64,000 nt of DNA from the NCBI GenBank assembly GCA_963752285.1, contig CAVVXN010000005.1:32001-96000 (forward strand), read 5' to 3'. The notes beneath the pieces are model-generated. The model ran no database searches, had not been told where the DNA came from, and saw only the letters and a list, made by a program, of their open reading frames with translations. Both the position numbers and the translations under genes were made by a program. This stretch comes from an uncultured Planctomycetota bacterium. Lineage in GTDB: Bacteria; Planctomycetota; PLA2; JAEUHO01. Every line of letters begins with the position of its first letter. The stretch's first letter is position 1. Shown one piece after another: positions 50,721 through 60,209 of the stretch.

Positions 50721-53063
50721 ATGTCCCGATCCCGCGCACCTGGACGGAGCGCCGACGCCGTTCGGCGGTGGCTCCGTCTGTTCCCCGTCGCCCTGCTGCT
50801 GCTGCTCCCCTTCGCCCCGTCGTCCCGCGCCGGGGACGACGACCCGTCGGCGAAGCCCCAGCCGCCGTCGGGGTCCACGCCCGCGCCTGCCCCTGCGCCC
50901 GCGCCGGGCGCGGAGACGTCGCCCAAGTCCACCCCGGGGGGGCCGCCGTCGGACAGCCCGGACATGCCGACCGAGCCGACCGCCCGCCGCCAGTGGCGGG
51001 AGTCCACCTGGCCGGCGCCGACCGCGGCCGACTGGGCCAAGCCCGTCCTGATCCCCTTCCAGCGGACCTGGGACGACGCCGTCGCCGTCTCGAAGGAGAC
51101 CGGCAAGCCGATCCTCGTCTGCATCAACATGGACGGCGAGATCGCGAGCGAGAACTGGGCCGGCATCCGCTACCGTTCGCCCGAGATCGCCGAGCTGTTC
51201 AAGAACTACGTGTGCGTGATCGCGTCGGTCTACCGACACAACCCGCGCGACTACGACGACCAGGGCCACCGGATCCTCTGCCCGCGCTTCGGCAGCGTGA
51301 CGTGCGGTGAGCACATCGCGATGGAACCGGTCATCTACAAGAAGTACTGCGACGGCAAACGCATCTCCCCCCGTCACATCGCGGTGGACCTCCAGAAGAA
51401 CGAGGTCTTCGACGTCTACTACGCCAACGACACGGCGTCGATCGTGCGGGCGATCCGGGACGGACTGAACGGGCTCCCGCCGCCGAACCCGCCGATCGTC
51501 CGCGGGGACCGGCCGATCGTGGACCGCGTGGCGAGCCGCGCGCTCGCCGACCGGCAAGCCGTGGAGGCCGCGTACGTGGCCGGCGACGCGGAGACGAGGA
51601 AGAAGCTCCTCGAGGCCGCGATGAAACACCCCGAGGCCGACCCCCTCGACCTGCTCCGCCTGGCCGTGTTCGGTCTCGACGTGAACCAGAGCAAGCTCGC
51701 GCGCGAGGCCCTCGCCGAGACGAGGTCGCCCCAGGCGACGACGCTGATCTCGGAGAGCCTCCAGGTCTCCATGGACCCCGGGGAGCGCGACGCCCTGATC
51801 GGGGCGCTCAAGCGGCTGGGCGAGACCTCGCCCCTGGCCCGCTGGCTCGCGGGCGTACACGAGGGTCTCACGGCGCACACCACCGTGGACGTCGCGGGCT
51901 GGTCGGAGGCGCTCGCGGGCGGCACGTACCCCGCCCCAGGGCCGGACGCCGAGACCGACACCTGGCACACCGAGGAGATGGCGCGCGCCGCCGACGAGCA
52001 CCCCGACGATCCCGCGCCCCGGCTCCAGCTCGCCGAGGCGAGCCTCGCGCTCGCGGGCGACACGGAGAAGGCGTTCCCCGAGAGCTCCAAGCTGGCGCGG
52101 AGCATGGCCCGCGCGGCGTACGAGGACGCGAAGACGGCCGCGCTCGAGGCGGAGAAGCTCGGTGCGACCGGTTGGGGCGTCGACTCGACGGTGGCCCTCG
52201 CGTCGTACTACCTCGGGGACCTCGACACGGCGTACGCCCGTTCCGAGAAGGCGATGAAGGAGATTCCGGCCGGCGACGCGACCTGGCAGTCCATGGCGCT
52301 CGTGACCATCTTCGCCGAGTCGCGTTGGAAGGGGATCAAGGCCGCCGTCCACGAGAAGAAGCCCTGGCCGCCGACGTGGCTGGCGGACGTCGATGCGGCG
52401 TACGCGGTGCTCCGCAAGCACCCGCTGGGCACGGACAGCCAGGTTCTCTGGCACTACGACTTCCTCGTCTGGCTCGGCGCGGATCACCATGCGGACCAGG
52501 TCCTCGCGGAGGGCATCGAGCGGTTCACCGACTCGGTCCCCCTCCACCAGCGGTTCCGCAACCGTCTCCTGGCCCGGGAGGGCGCCGAGAAGATGCAGGA
52601 CGCGTACGACGCGCTGTTGAAGGAGCACGGGCCCTCGGCCACGCTCGCCTCGTTCGCGGGCCTCGGTTCCGTGGCCGCGGCGGAGGACTACCGCCGCCAC
52701 CGGAAGTGGGACGACGCCGTAGAGGCCTATGGCCGCGCCGTCGCCCACTACGAGGAGGCCGCGAAGGCCGAACCCGCGTTCCAGGCCGCCTCGGACCGCG
52801 CCATCGCGCTGGCCCTCGCCGGCGAGGCGCGCGTGTTGTTCGAGATCGGCAAGGACGCCGAGGCCACGGACGTCTCGCTCACGGGCATCGCGCGGGACCC
52901 GCAGGCCACCGCCACGCAGGACGGCATGGGGATGACCCCCGGCGAGACCGCGCAGGCGATCCTCTCGCAGTGCCGCCGGAACGGCGAGGACGACCTCGCG
53001 GACCGCATCGAGAAGGTGTTCTCGACGCTCGACCCCGACCTCCTCCCGACGGAGCGGGACTGA
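50721..53063 (+). CDS. Secreted protein with thioredoxin-like N-domain and HEAT/TPR-like helical C-terminus
   Basis: Signal peptide, Pro-rich linker, IPFQRTWDDAVAVSKETGKPILVCINMD, helical repeats. Confidence 0.75.
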   Translation: MSRSRAPGRSADAVRRWLRLFPVALLLLLPFAPSSRAGDDDPSAKPQPPSGSTPAPAPAPAPGAETSPKSTPGGPPSDSPDMPTEPTARRQWRESTWPAPTAADWAKPVLIPFQRTWDDAVAVSKETGKPILVCINMDGEIASENWAGIRYRSPEIAELFKNYVCVIASVYRHNPRDYDDQGHRILCPRFGSVTCGEHIAMEPVIYKKYCDGKRISPRHIAVDLQKNEVFDVYYANDTASIVRAIRDGLNGLPPPNPPIVRGDRPIVDRVASRALADRQAVEAAYVAGDAETRKKLLEAAMKHPEADPLDLLRLAVFGLDVNQSKLAREALAETRSPQATTLISESLQVSMDPGERDALIGALKRLGETSPLARWLAGVHEGLTAHTTVDVAGWSEALAGGTYPAPGPDAETDTWHTEEMARAADEHPDDPAPRLQLAEASLALAGDTEKAFPESSKLARSMARAAYEDAKTAALEAEKLGATGWGVDSTVALASYYLGDLDTAYARSEKAMKEIPAGDATWQSMALVTIFAESRWKGIKAAVHEKKPWPPTWLADVDAAYAVLRKHPLGTDSQVLWHYDFLVWLGADHHADQVLAEGIERFTDSVPLHQRFRNRLLAREGAEKMQDAYDALLKEHGPSATLASFAGLGSVAAAEDYRRHRKWDDAVEAYGRAVAHYEEAAKAEPAFQAASDRAIALALAGEARVLFEIGKDAEATDVSLTGIARDPQATATQDGMGMTPGETAQAILSQCRRNGEDDLADRIEKVFSTLDPDLLPTERD

Positions 53064-53106
53064 CGGTGAACGAGACTCTCGACCGCCACGGAAGGAGCCG
53101 CGGCCC

Positions 53107-54096
53107 TTGACCGACGTACGCGCCCTCGGGCCCGAGATCGAGAAGGACAGCGCCTTCCTCCGGGACGTGATCCGGGAGGTCGAACGCGTGATCGTCGGTC
53201 AGAAGGCCCTGATCCGGAGCCTCTTGATCGGGCTCCTGGCCGACGGCCACGTCCTGCTGGAGGGTCTGCCCGGCCTCGCGAAGTCGCTCGCCGCGCAGTC
53301 GGTGGCGAACGCGCTCGGCGGCACGTACCGGCGCATCCAGTTCACGCCGGACCTCCTTCCGTCCGACCTCCTCGGAACGCAGGTCTACAACCCGCGGACG
53401 AGTGAGTGGTCGATTCGCGAGGGTCCGATCTTCGCGAACTTCGTGCTCGCCGACGAGATCAACCGCGCGCCGGCCAAGGTGCAGTCGGCGCTCATGGAGT
53501 CGATGCAGGAACGTCAGGTGACCCTCGCGGGCGAGACCCGTGCGTTGCCCCGGCCGTTCCTCGTGCTCGCCACGCAGAACCCCGTGGAGCTCGAGGGCAC
53601 GTACCCGCTGCCGGAGGCGCAGATCGACCGGTTCATGCTGAAGGTGGTCGTCGATTACCCGACCCAGGAGGAGGAGCCCGAGATCATCCTCCGGATGGTC
53701 GGCACCGGGGCGCAACCGACCGCCCGGCAGGTCGCCACGCCGGAGCACGTGCTCGCCGCCCGGGCGCGGCTCGACGAGGTGTACGTGGACGAGAAGCTCC
53801 TCCGGTACGTCGTAGACCTCGTCTTCGCGACACGGCGCCCCCGTGAGGCCGGCCTCGCGAGCCTCCAGCCGCTGATCCTCTACGGCGCCTCGCCCCGCGC
53901 GTCGATCGCGCTCGTGAGGGCGGGCCGCGCGCGCGCGTTCCTCGAGGGCCGGGGGTACGTGACGCCGCACGACGTGAAGGCGGTGGCCCTCGAGGTGCTC
54001 CGGCACCGGGTGATCACCACGTACGAGGCGGAGGCCGAGGGGATCGGCTCGGAAAGCGTGATCCAGACGGTGCTGGACGCCGTGAAGGTCCCGTGA
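53107..54096 (+). CDS. moxR: MoxR family AAA+ ATPase
   Basis: HVLLEGLPGLAKS, RIQFTPDLLPSD, DEINRAPAKVQSAL, ATQNP, YPLPEAQIDRF, GASPR. Confidence 0.95.
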   Translation: MTDVRALGPEIEKDSAFLRDVIREVERVIVGQKALIRSLLIGLLADGHVLLEGLPGLAKSLAAQSVANALGGTYRRIQFTPDLLPSDLLGTQVYNPRTSEWSIREGPIFANFVLADEINRAPAKVQSALMESMQERQVTLAGETRALPRPFLVLATQNPVELEGTYPLPEAQIDRFMLKVVVDYPTQEEEPEIILRMVGTGAQPTARQVATPEHVLAARARLDEVYVDEKLLRYVVDLVFATRRPREAGLASLQPLILYGASPRASIALVRAGRARAFLEGRGYVTPHDVKAVALEVLRHRVITTYEAEAEGIGSESVIQTVLDAVKVP

Positions 54097-54102
54097 GCCC
54101 GC

Positions 54103-55032
54103 ATGTCCGGGACGAGGCTCTCGCGCGACGACCCGACCCTCGCCGAGGTGCTGAAGGAGGTCCGGCGCATCGACGTACAGACCCGGCGCCTCGTCACGGG
54201 CACGATGGCGGGGGGCTACCTCTCCGTGTTCCGGGGTTCGGGCATCGAGTTCGACACCGTGCGCGAGTACGACGACGGCGACGACCCGCGTTCGATCGAC
54301 TGGAACGTCACGGCCCGCATGGGCCGGCCGTTCGTCAAGACGTACGTGGACGAGCGCGAGCTCACGATCCTCTTCCTCCTCGACCTCTCCGCGTCGATGG
54401 GGGGCGGTTTCGCGCTCCGGTCCGCGCGCCAGACGGCCGCGCGCGTCGCCGCGTGCCTGGCGTTCTCCGCGGTCCGGAACGGCGACAAGGTCGGGCTCGT
54501 GGCCTTCAGCGAGGGCGTCGACACGTGGGTGCCGCCTCGCAAGGGCGTCGCGCATGCGCTCCGGATCGTCCGGGACTGCCTCGCCCACCCCGCGGCGAGC
54601 GCCACGACCCGCCTCGCGCCGGCGCTGGACTTCGCGACCCACGCCGTGCGCCGTCACGCCGTGCTGTTCGTGCTGTCCGACTTCCTCACGACCGGTTGGG
54701 AACGGCCTCTCGCCCTCTGCGCGAAGCGTCACGACGTGATCGCGGTCCGCCTCCTCCTGCCGGAGCTCGAGGCCCCCCCGGGCCGCGGTCTGCTCCGGCT
54801 CGAAGACCCGGAGACGAAGGCGCGGCTCCTCTTCGACGGCTCGAGCCGCCGCGCCCGCGAGGCCTGGCGCCGGCGCGTCGAGGCCTGGCGCGCCGACACG
54901 GATCGAAGCCTTCGCCGCGCGCGGGTGGACGTGATGGACGTCCGCGTCCCGACGAAGGTGGAGGCGAACGGCGTGGCGGAGCCGATCCTCGCCTTCTTCC
55001 GCATGCGGGAGCAGCGGGGAGCCAAGCGATGA
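54103..55032 (+). CDS. DUF58 domain protein
   Basis: GIEFDTVREY..GDD.RSIDWNVTAR, LDLSASM, SDF. Confidence 0.93.
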   Translation: MSGTRLSRDDPTLAEVLKEVRRIDVQTRRLVTGTMAGGYLSVFRGSGIEFDTVREYDDGDDPRSIDWNVTARMGRPFVKTYVDERELTILFLLDLSASMGGGFALRSARQTAARVAACLAFSAVRNGDKVGLVAFSEGVDTWVPPRKGVAHALRIVRDCLAHPAASATTRLAPALDFATHAVRRHAVLFVLSDFLTTGWERPLALCAKRHDVIAVRLLLPELEAPPGRGLLRLEDPETKARLLFDGSSRRAREAWRRRVEAWRADTDRSLRRARVDVMDVRVPTKVEANGVAEPILAFFRMREQRGAKR

Positions 55033-55964
55033 GGCCGCGCGTCCTCCTCGTCCTCCTCGTCCTCCTCGTCCCGCTCGCGGTCGGGGCGTGCGATCGCCCG
55101 GCGCCCATCCCCGACGTGGACCTCGCGCTCCGCGTCTCGACCTCCACGAGGGAGACCGAGCTCGGCAAGGCCTTCCCCCTCGAGATCGTGCGCGTGTGGT
55201 CGAAGCGGCTCGATCCCGAGGCGTTCGACGAGGCCGTCCTCTCGCCGCTCGTCGTGAGGCTCGAGACGACGGACCGCCGCGAGAACGCGACCCACGTCGA
55301 GGAGATCCGGCGCTACCGCGCGTACGCCTTCGCGGCGAAGGACGTCGTGGTGCCGGCCGCGTCCTTCCACGCGGCCCCGAAGGGCGGAGGCGAGGCGCGC
55401 GTCGCGAAGTCCGAGCCGCTCCACCTCCACGTCCTCCCCGCGATCGACCCGAGGACGCCCGGCCCCGTGGAGCTTCCGGACGGTCCGCTCCCCGAGCGGA
55501 GTCCCGTCGTGCCCGTCGCCGTGGCGCTCGGCGTCCTCGCCACGTTCGTCCTGGCCCGCGCGCTCGCGCGGCGCCGCCGCGTCCCGTCTCCGGTGGTCGC
55601 GCCGGTCCCGCGCACGCCGGCGGACCGCGCGCTCGACGCCCTCGCTCGTCTCGAGGCGGACGGCGTCGCGAGCGAGGCGGCGCGGCTCGCGGTCGCGTCG
55701 GGCGTCGCGGGCGTGCTCCGGGACTACCTCGCCGAGCACCTGGACCTCCCCGCCTGGGTTCGGACCCGCGAGGAGATCCTCGCGCGCGCCGCCTCGACGC
55801 CGGGCGTGACGCCGGCCGTGCTCCACGAGCTCGCGTCCCCGCTGGAGACGGCCGAGCTCGCGAAGTTCGCGCGGCACGTGCCCACGGCCGGCGAGATCCC
55901 GGACGCCCTCGGGCACGCACGCGCGTTCGTGCGCGCGACCGCGGCCCGGAGGGCGTCGTCGTGA
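55029..55964 (+). CDS. Bat-operon membrane/lipoprotein, hypothetical
   Basis: Lipobox-like AVGAC, internal TM, LRDYL...TREE...AKFA tail; overlaps both neighbours by 4 nt. Confidence 0.75.
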   Translation: MRPRVLLVLLVLLVPLAVGACDRPAPIPDVDLALRVSTSTRETELGKAFPLEIVRVWSKRLDPEAFDEAVLSPLVVRLETTDRRENATHVEEIRRYRAYAFAAKDVVVPAASFHAAPKGGGEARVAKSEPLHLHVLPAIDPRTPGPVELPDGPLPERSPVVPVAVALGVLATFVLARALARRRRVPSPVVAPVPRTPADRALDALARLEADGVASEAARLAVASGVAGVLRDYLAEHLDLPAWVRTREEILARAASTPGVTPAVLHELASPLETAELAKFARHVPTAGEIPDALGHARAFVRATAARRASS

Positions 55965-56968
55965 GCGCGCTCTTCGAACGCCTCACCGGCCTCTCGCTCC
56001 TCCTCCCGGGGCTGCTCCTCCTCGCCGTCCTCGTGCCCCTCGCCTGGGCCTGGCGTCGGCGGCGCGGGACGCCGGCCGTCCTCTTCGCGCCCGGCGCGCT
56101 CCTCGGCGGGAACGGCGGCGTTCCCCGTTCCTGGCGCGCGCGGCTCCTGCCGGTGCCCCGCGTGCTCCAGCTCGGGGGGCTCGTCCTGCTCGTCGTGGCC
56201 CTCGCCCGGCCGGTCGCGAAGATCCTGCTTCCGGCCCGCTCCGTGGGCCTGGACGTCGTGCTGTGCCTCGACGTGTCGTCGTCCATGGCGTCGAACGACA
56301 TGGACCGTCGGGCCACGCGCCTCGAGGTGGCCCGCGCCGCGGCGTCCGAGTTCGTCCGGGAGCGGAAGGACGACCGGATCGGGCTCGTCACGTTCGCGCG
56401 CTACCCGGACCTCGTTGGCCCCCCGACCCGCGACCACGACGCGCTGGCCCGCCTCCTCGCCGACGTGCGGACGGTGGGGGACGACGGCCCCGAGGACGCC
56501 ACCGGCATCGGGACGGCCCTCGCGCGGGCCGCGGACGTCTTGAGCCGGACGAGCCACCGCTCACGCGTCGTGATCCTCCTGACCGACGGCGAGGAGAACG
56601 TGGCCCTGGTGGGGAAGCCCGGCGAGATCGCGCCGGCGCACGCCGCCCAGCTCTGCCAGAAGCTCGGGATCAAGGTGTACGCCATCGCCGCCGGGACGGG
56701 GAAGCGGGACGCGAAGGGCGCTTGGGTTCCCCTCGACACGCGCGCCCTCTCCACCGTGGCCGCGCGGACGGGCGGCGGGTTCTTCGAGGCGCGCGACGCC
56801 GCGTCCGTTCGTCGGGTGTACGCCGACATCGACCGTCTCGCGAAGGCTCCGCTCGAGGCGCCGACCGCGGTCGTCGAAGACCGGTTCCTCGGATTCCTCC
56901 TGGCCGGCGTCGCGCTCCTCTTCGTGGCCCGACTTCTGCAGGCGACGCTCTGGGACGTGTTGCCTTGA
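55961..56968 (+). CDS. vWA domain protein, BatA-like
   Basis: ALARP, MIDAS DVSSSM, DRIGLVTFA, TGIG, ILLTDGEEN. Confidence 0.9.
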   Translation: MSALFERLTGLSLLLPGLLLLAVLVPLAWAWRRRRGTPAVLFAPGALLGGNGGVPRSWRARLLPVPRVLQLGGLVLLVVALARPVAKILLPARSVGLDVVLCLDVSSSMASNDMDRRATRLEVARAAASEFVRERKDDRIGLVTFARYPDLVGPPTRDHDALARLLADVRTVGDDGPEDATGIGTALARAADVLSRTSHRSRVVILLTDGEENVALVGKPGEIAPAHAAQLCQKLGIKVYAIAAGTGKRDAKGAWVPLDTRALSTVAARTGGGFFEARDAASVRRVYADIDRLAKAPLEAPTAVVEDRFLGFLLAGVALLFVARLLQATLWDVLP

Positions 56969-58803
56969 CGTTCGCCCAGGTCTTCCTCCGACCGGAGCTC
57001 TGGCCGGTGCTCCTCGTGGCGCCGGCCGTGGGAACCCTGCTCTGGGCGCTCGACCGCCGGCGCCACGTCCGGCTCGTCGAGCGGATCGGCCCGCGCGTCC
57101 AGGCGCTCGCGGAGGAGCGGAGCGTCGGCCGGCGCACGTTCCGGCGCCGGGCGTTCACGGGGTCGCTCTTCTTCGCGGGCCTCGCGGTGCTCGGCGTGGA
57201 CCTCGGCAGCGCCCACGCCGCGGCCTCCTGGTCGGGGCCGGACCTCGTGCTCTGCCTCGACGTCTCGCGGTCGATGGAGGCGCAGGACGTCGTGCCGAGC
57301 CGCCTCGCCCGCGCGAAGGCGGAGATCTCGGCCTTCGGACAGGTCGCAGCGGGCGCGCGCGTGGGGCTCGTCGAGTTCGCCGGCGCGCCGCGACTTCGCG
57401 CGCCCCTGACCGAGGACCTCGCGTCGCTCGCCCTCCTCGCCGAGGAGGCGGACCCCACCGACGTGTCGCGCGGGGGGACCGACCTCGGCGCCGCGATCGA
57501 CGAGGCCGCGGCGCTCCTCGAGAGCGGCCGCGTCGATGACAGGCGCGCGTCCGCCGTCGTGCTCCTGACCGACGGCGAGGACCACGGGGGCCGGGGCTTC
57601 GCCGCGGCGCAGCGCGCCCTCGCGCGGGGCCACCGGGTCGAGGTCCTGGGCCTCGGGACGGCGCTCGGCGCGAAGATCCCGCTCGCCGACACCGGAGGTC
57701 GCGGGTTCCTCCTCGACGCGCACGGCACGGAGGTGGTCTCGCGCCTCGACCCGCAAAGCCTCGAAGCCCTCGCGCGCGCGGGCGGCGGCACGTTCACGCC
57801 GGCGGATCGCGAACCGGGCACCCTCGCGCGTCTCTACGCCTCCGAGCTTCGAAGTCTCGCGTCCACGGCCGCGAACGACCCCGCCGCCGCGCGACGGCAG
57901 GAGGGCTTCCCGTGGCCCATCGGCGTCGCGTTCCTCCTCGCGCTCGTGGACCTCGCGGTCGCCGATCGACGCGTCGTCCGAACGCGGGTCCCCACGGCCC
58001 CCGCGCGTCCCGTCCGTGCGCGCGCGAGCGGACGGCGCCCGCGGAGCGCGCCGCGCGCGGCCTCCACCGCGGTCTCGCTCGCGCTCGTGCCGCTGCTCCT
58101 CCTCCTCGCCGGCTGCGACCGCACGGCAGCGGGACGCCGGGCGTGGGCCGCGGGTCGCGTCGACGAGGCCGGCCGCGCGTTCGCCGCGTCGGCCGTGGCC
58201 GCGGGCGACGGCGCGAGCGCGGAGCTCCTCTACGACCGCGCGCTCGCGGCGCTGGCGCTCCATCACGGCGACGAGGCGCTCGCGGCCGCGAAGGCCGCCG
58301 CGGCGCGGGGCGGTCCCGCCTTTCGGGCGCGCTACGCGTTCGTGGAGGGGAGCGTCGCATATCGGGACTCGCACGACGCCGACGCGGAGGCGACGCGTCT
58401 CGGCGGGAACCAGCAGGCCGCCCTCCACGCGCTGACGCGCGCGGAGGACGCGGTGGCGTTCTGGCAGGCGGCGGCCGCGTCGCGTGCCGACTGGCCGGAG
58501 GCCCGGCGGAACGTCGAGCGGGGAACGCTCTGGCTCGAACACCTGAGGACCACGAAGGGCGGGAAGCCGAAGCCGAAGCCGAGCCCGAAGCCGCCGCCGG
58601 GTCGGGGCCCGAAGCCGAAGCCCCCCGAGCCGACGAAGCCGCCCCCAAGCGAGCCGGCGATCGACGCGCGGACCGAGACGAGGGAGCTCTCGCCGGCGGG
58701 CGTGCTGCGCGTCCTCGAGACGCTCCGCGTGCGCGAGCAGGAGAAGCTCCGCCTCCGCCGGGCGGAGGCGAAGGCGCACCCGTCGGGCGGGAGGGACTGG
58801 TGA
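56965..58803 (+). CDS. vWA domain protein, BatB-like, fused to BatC-like TPR region
   Basis: TTGA overlap; DVSRSM, PSRL, GTDL, LTDGEDH; then TPR-like region, ARRNVE, KP-rich linker, terminal RDW. Confidence 0.85.
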   Translation: MTFAQVFLRPELWPVLLVAPAVGTLLWALDRRRHVRLVERIGPRVQALAEERSVGRRTFRRRAFTGSLFFAGLAVLGVDLGSAHAAASWSGPDLVLCLDVSRSMEAQDVVPSRLARAKAEISAFGQVAAGARVGLVEFAGAPRLRAPLTEDLASLALLAEEADPTDVSRGGTDLGAAIDEAAALLESGRVDDRRASAVVLLTDGEDHGGRGFAAAQRALARGHRVEVLGLGTALGAKIPLADTGGRGFLLDAHGTEVVSRLDPQSLEALARAGGGTFTPADREPGTLARLYASELRSLASTAANDPAAARRQEGFPWPIGVAFLLALVDLAVADRRVVRTRVPTAPARPVRARASGRRPRSAPRAASTAVSLALVPLLLLLAGCDRTAAGRRAWAAGRVDEAGRAFAASAVAAGDGASAELLYDRALAALALHHGDEALAAAKAAAARGGPAFRARYAFVEGSVAYRDSHDADAEATRLGGNQQAALHALTRAEDAVAFWQAAAASRADWPEARRNVERGTLWLEHLRTTKGGKPKPKPSPKPPPGRGPKPKPPEPTKPPPSEPAIDARTETRELSPAGVLRVLETLRVREQEKLRLRRAEAKAHPSGGRDW

Positions 58804-60209
58804 TGCGCCGGGTCCCGCTCCTCGTGCTGTCGCTCCTCCTCGTCCCCCTCGCGAACGGGCGGGCTCAAGCGGGCGACGCGGACGAGACCGCGCGCGCGAC
58901 GATCGAGGTCGTCGGCCCGTCGCGCCCCCTCTACGTACACGAGCGGTTCCGCCTCGTCCTCCGCGTGACGATCGACCGGGACTTCTTCGAGAAGAACGCG
59001 GTCCCGCTCTTCCGCCAGCGGCTGGACGTCCCGATCCAGGCCGAGGCGCCGTGGGCCGGGAAGCTCCAGGGCGCGCGGGTCCTTGTGCCCGAGCCCGGCG
59101 CGACGGCACGGGCCGACGGCGACCTGCGGCGCCTCTCGCTGAACGGGGACGTCGCGCGCGCGCGTCTCGTGGGGACCCGCGAGGTCGAGGGCCGGAGCTT
59201 CTCCGTGCTCGAGATCGAGCGACGCTACGTCGCCGAGGTTCCGGGGCGGATCCACGTCGCTCGTCCCTCGCTCCTCTACGCGTACGCGACGCGCTTCCAG
59301 GAGGACTTCGCCGGCGACCGCATCGCCCTCGATCGCCGGGACGTGACGGTCGAGGGCGCGCCGCTCGAGCTCGACGTCCTGCCGCTCCCGGTCGCGGGGC
59401 GGCCAAAGGGGTTCGTGGACGCCGTCGGGAGCCTTCGTCTCTCCGCGTCGATCGCGGGCGGCTCGGGCGACGGCGGCCGCGAGCCGCTCGCGCTCCGCCT
59501 CGAGATCTCCGGCGACGGCGACCTCGAGACGCTGACGCCTCCCACGGTCGACGCGATCGAGGGCTTCCACGTCTTCGGCGTGTCGGACCGGATGGAGGAC
59601 GGCGTGCGCGTCGTGACCTACGAGATCGCCTCGGAGTCCGGCGCGACCCACGTTCCTCCGATCGAGCTCGCGACGTTCGATCCCGGTCCGCCCGCGCGCT
59701 ACGCCGTGCTCCAAAGCGACCCCCTGTCGCTCCCGGGCGTCGTCGCCCCGTCGCGCACACCCTCGTCCGCGGGCTCGTCCGGGCCGGCGGCCAGGTCGCC
59801 GAGGGACGCCGGTCGGCCCGGGCTCGCGGCGTTGGCCCTCGCGCTGCTCGTCCTGGTCGGTCTGGGCGTCGTCGCCGCGCGGAAGCGACGGGGTCGGGCC
59901 GCCGTTTTGCGGGCCGCCGCCGCTCCCGCCCGGGTTCCGGTTGCGCCCGCGTCGGACGATCCCGTGGACGGCCTCGCCGCGGCCCTCGCGTCGCGCCTCG
60001 GCGTGTCGCCGACCGCGGTGATCGCGCCCGACCTCGCGTCGCGACTCGTCCGGGCCGACGTCGATCCCCGCCTCGCGGCCGAGGCCGCGGCGCTCCTCGA
60101 GGCGCTGGTCGGCGCGCGCTACGGCGGGCAGCCGGTTCCGGACGCCGCCACGCGGGTCGCCGCCCTCGCCGCCTGCCTCGCCCGAGGGGACGGACCTACT
60201 CGTACGTGA
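58803..60209 (+). CDS. BatD-like protein
   Basis: Signal peptide, VLPLP...FVDAVG, ISGDGDL, FDP...Y, C-terminal TM, ARYG. Confidence 0.8.
   Translation: MRRVPLLVLSLLLVPLANGRAQAGDADETARATIEVVGPSRPLYVHERFRLVLRVTIDRDFFEKNAVPLFRQRLDVPIQAEAPWAGKLQGARVLVPEPGATARADGDLRRLSLNGDVARARLVGTREVEGRSFSVLEIERRYVAEVPGRIHVARPSLLYAYATRFQEDFAGDRIALDRRDVTVEGAPLELDVLPLPVAGRPKGFVDAVGSLRLSASIAGGSGDGGREPLALRLEISGDGDLETLTPPTVDAIEGFHVFGVSDRMEDGVRVVTYEIASESGATHVPPIELATFDPGPPARYAVLQSDPLSLPGVVAPSRTPSSAGSSGPAARSPRDAGRPGLAALALALLVLVGLGVVAARKRRGRAAVLRAAAAPARVPVAPASDDPVDGLAAALASRLGVSPTAVIAPDLASRLVRADVDPRLAAEAAALLEALVGARYGGQPVPDAATRVAALAACLARGDGPTRT

Noticed and set aside
55041..55070. GTCCTCCTC x3 repeat (also AAGCCG repeats near 58563-58620)
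   Set aside because: In-frame low-complexity coding (VLL signal peptide, KP linker), not contingency loci
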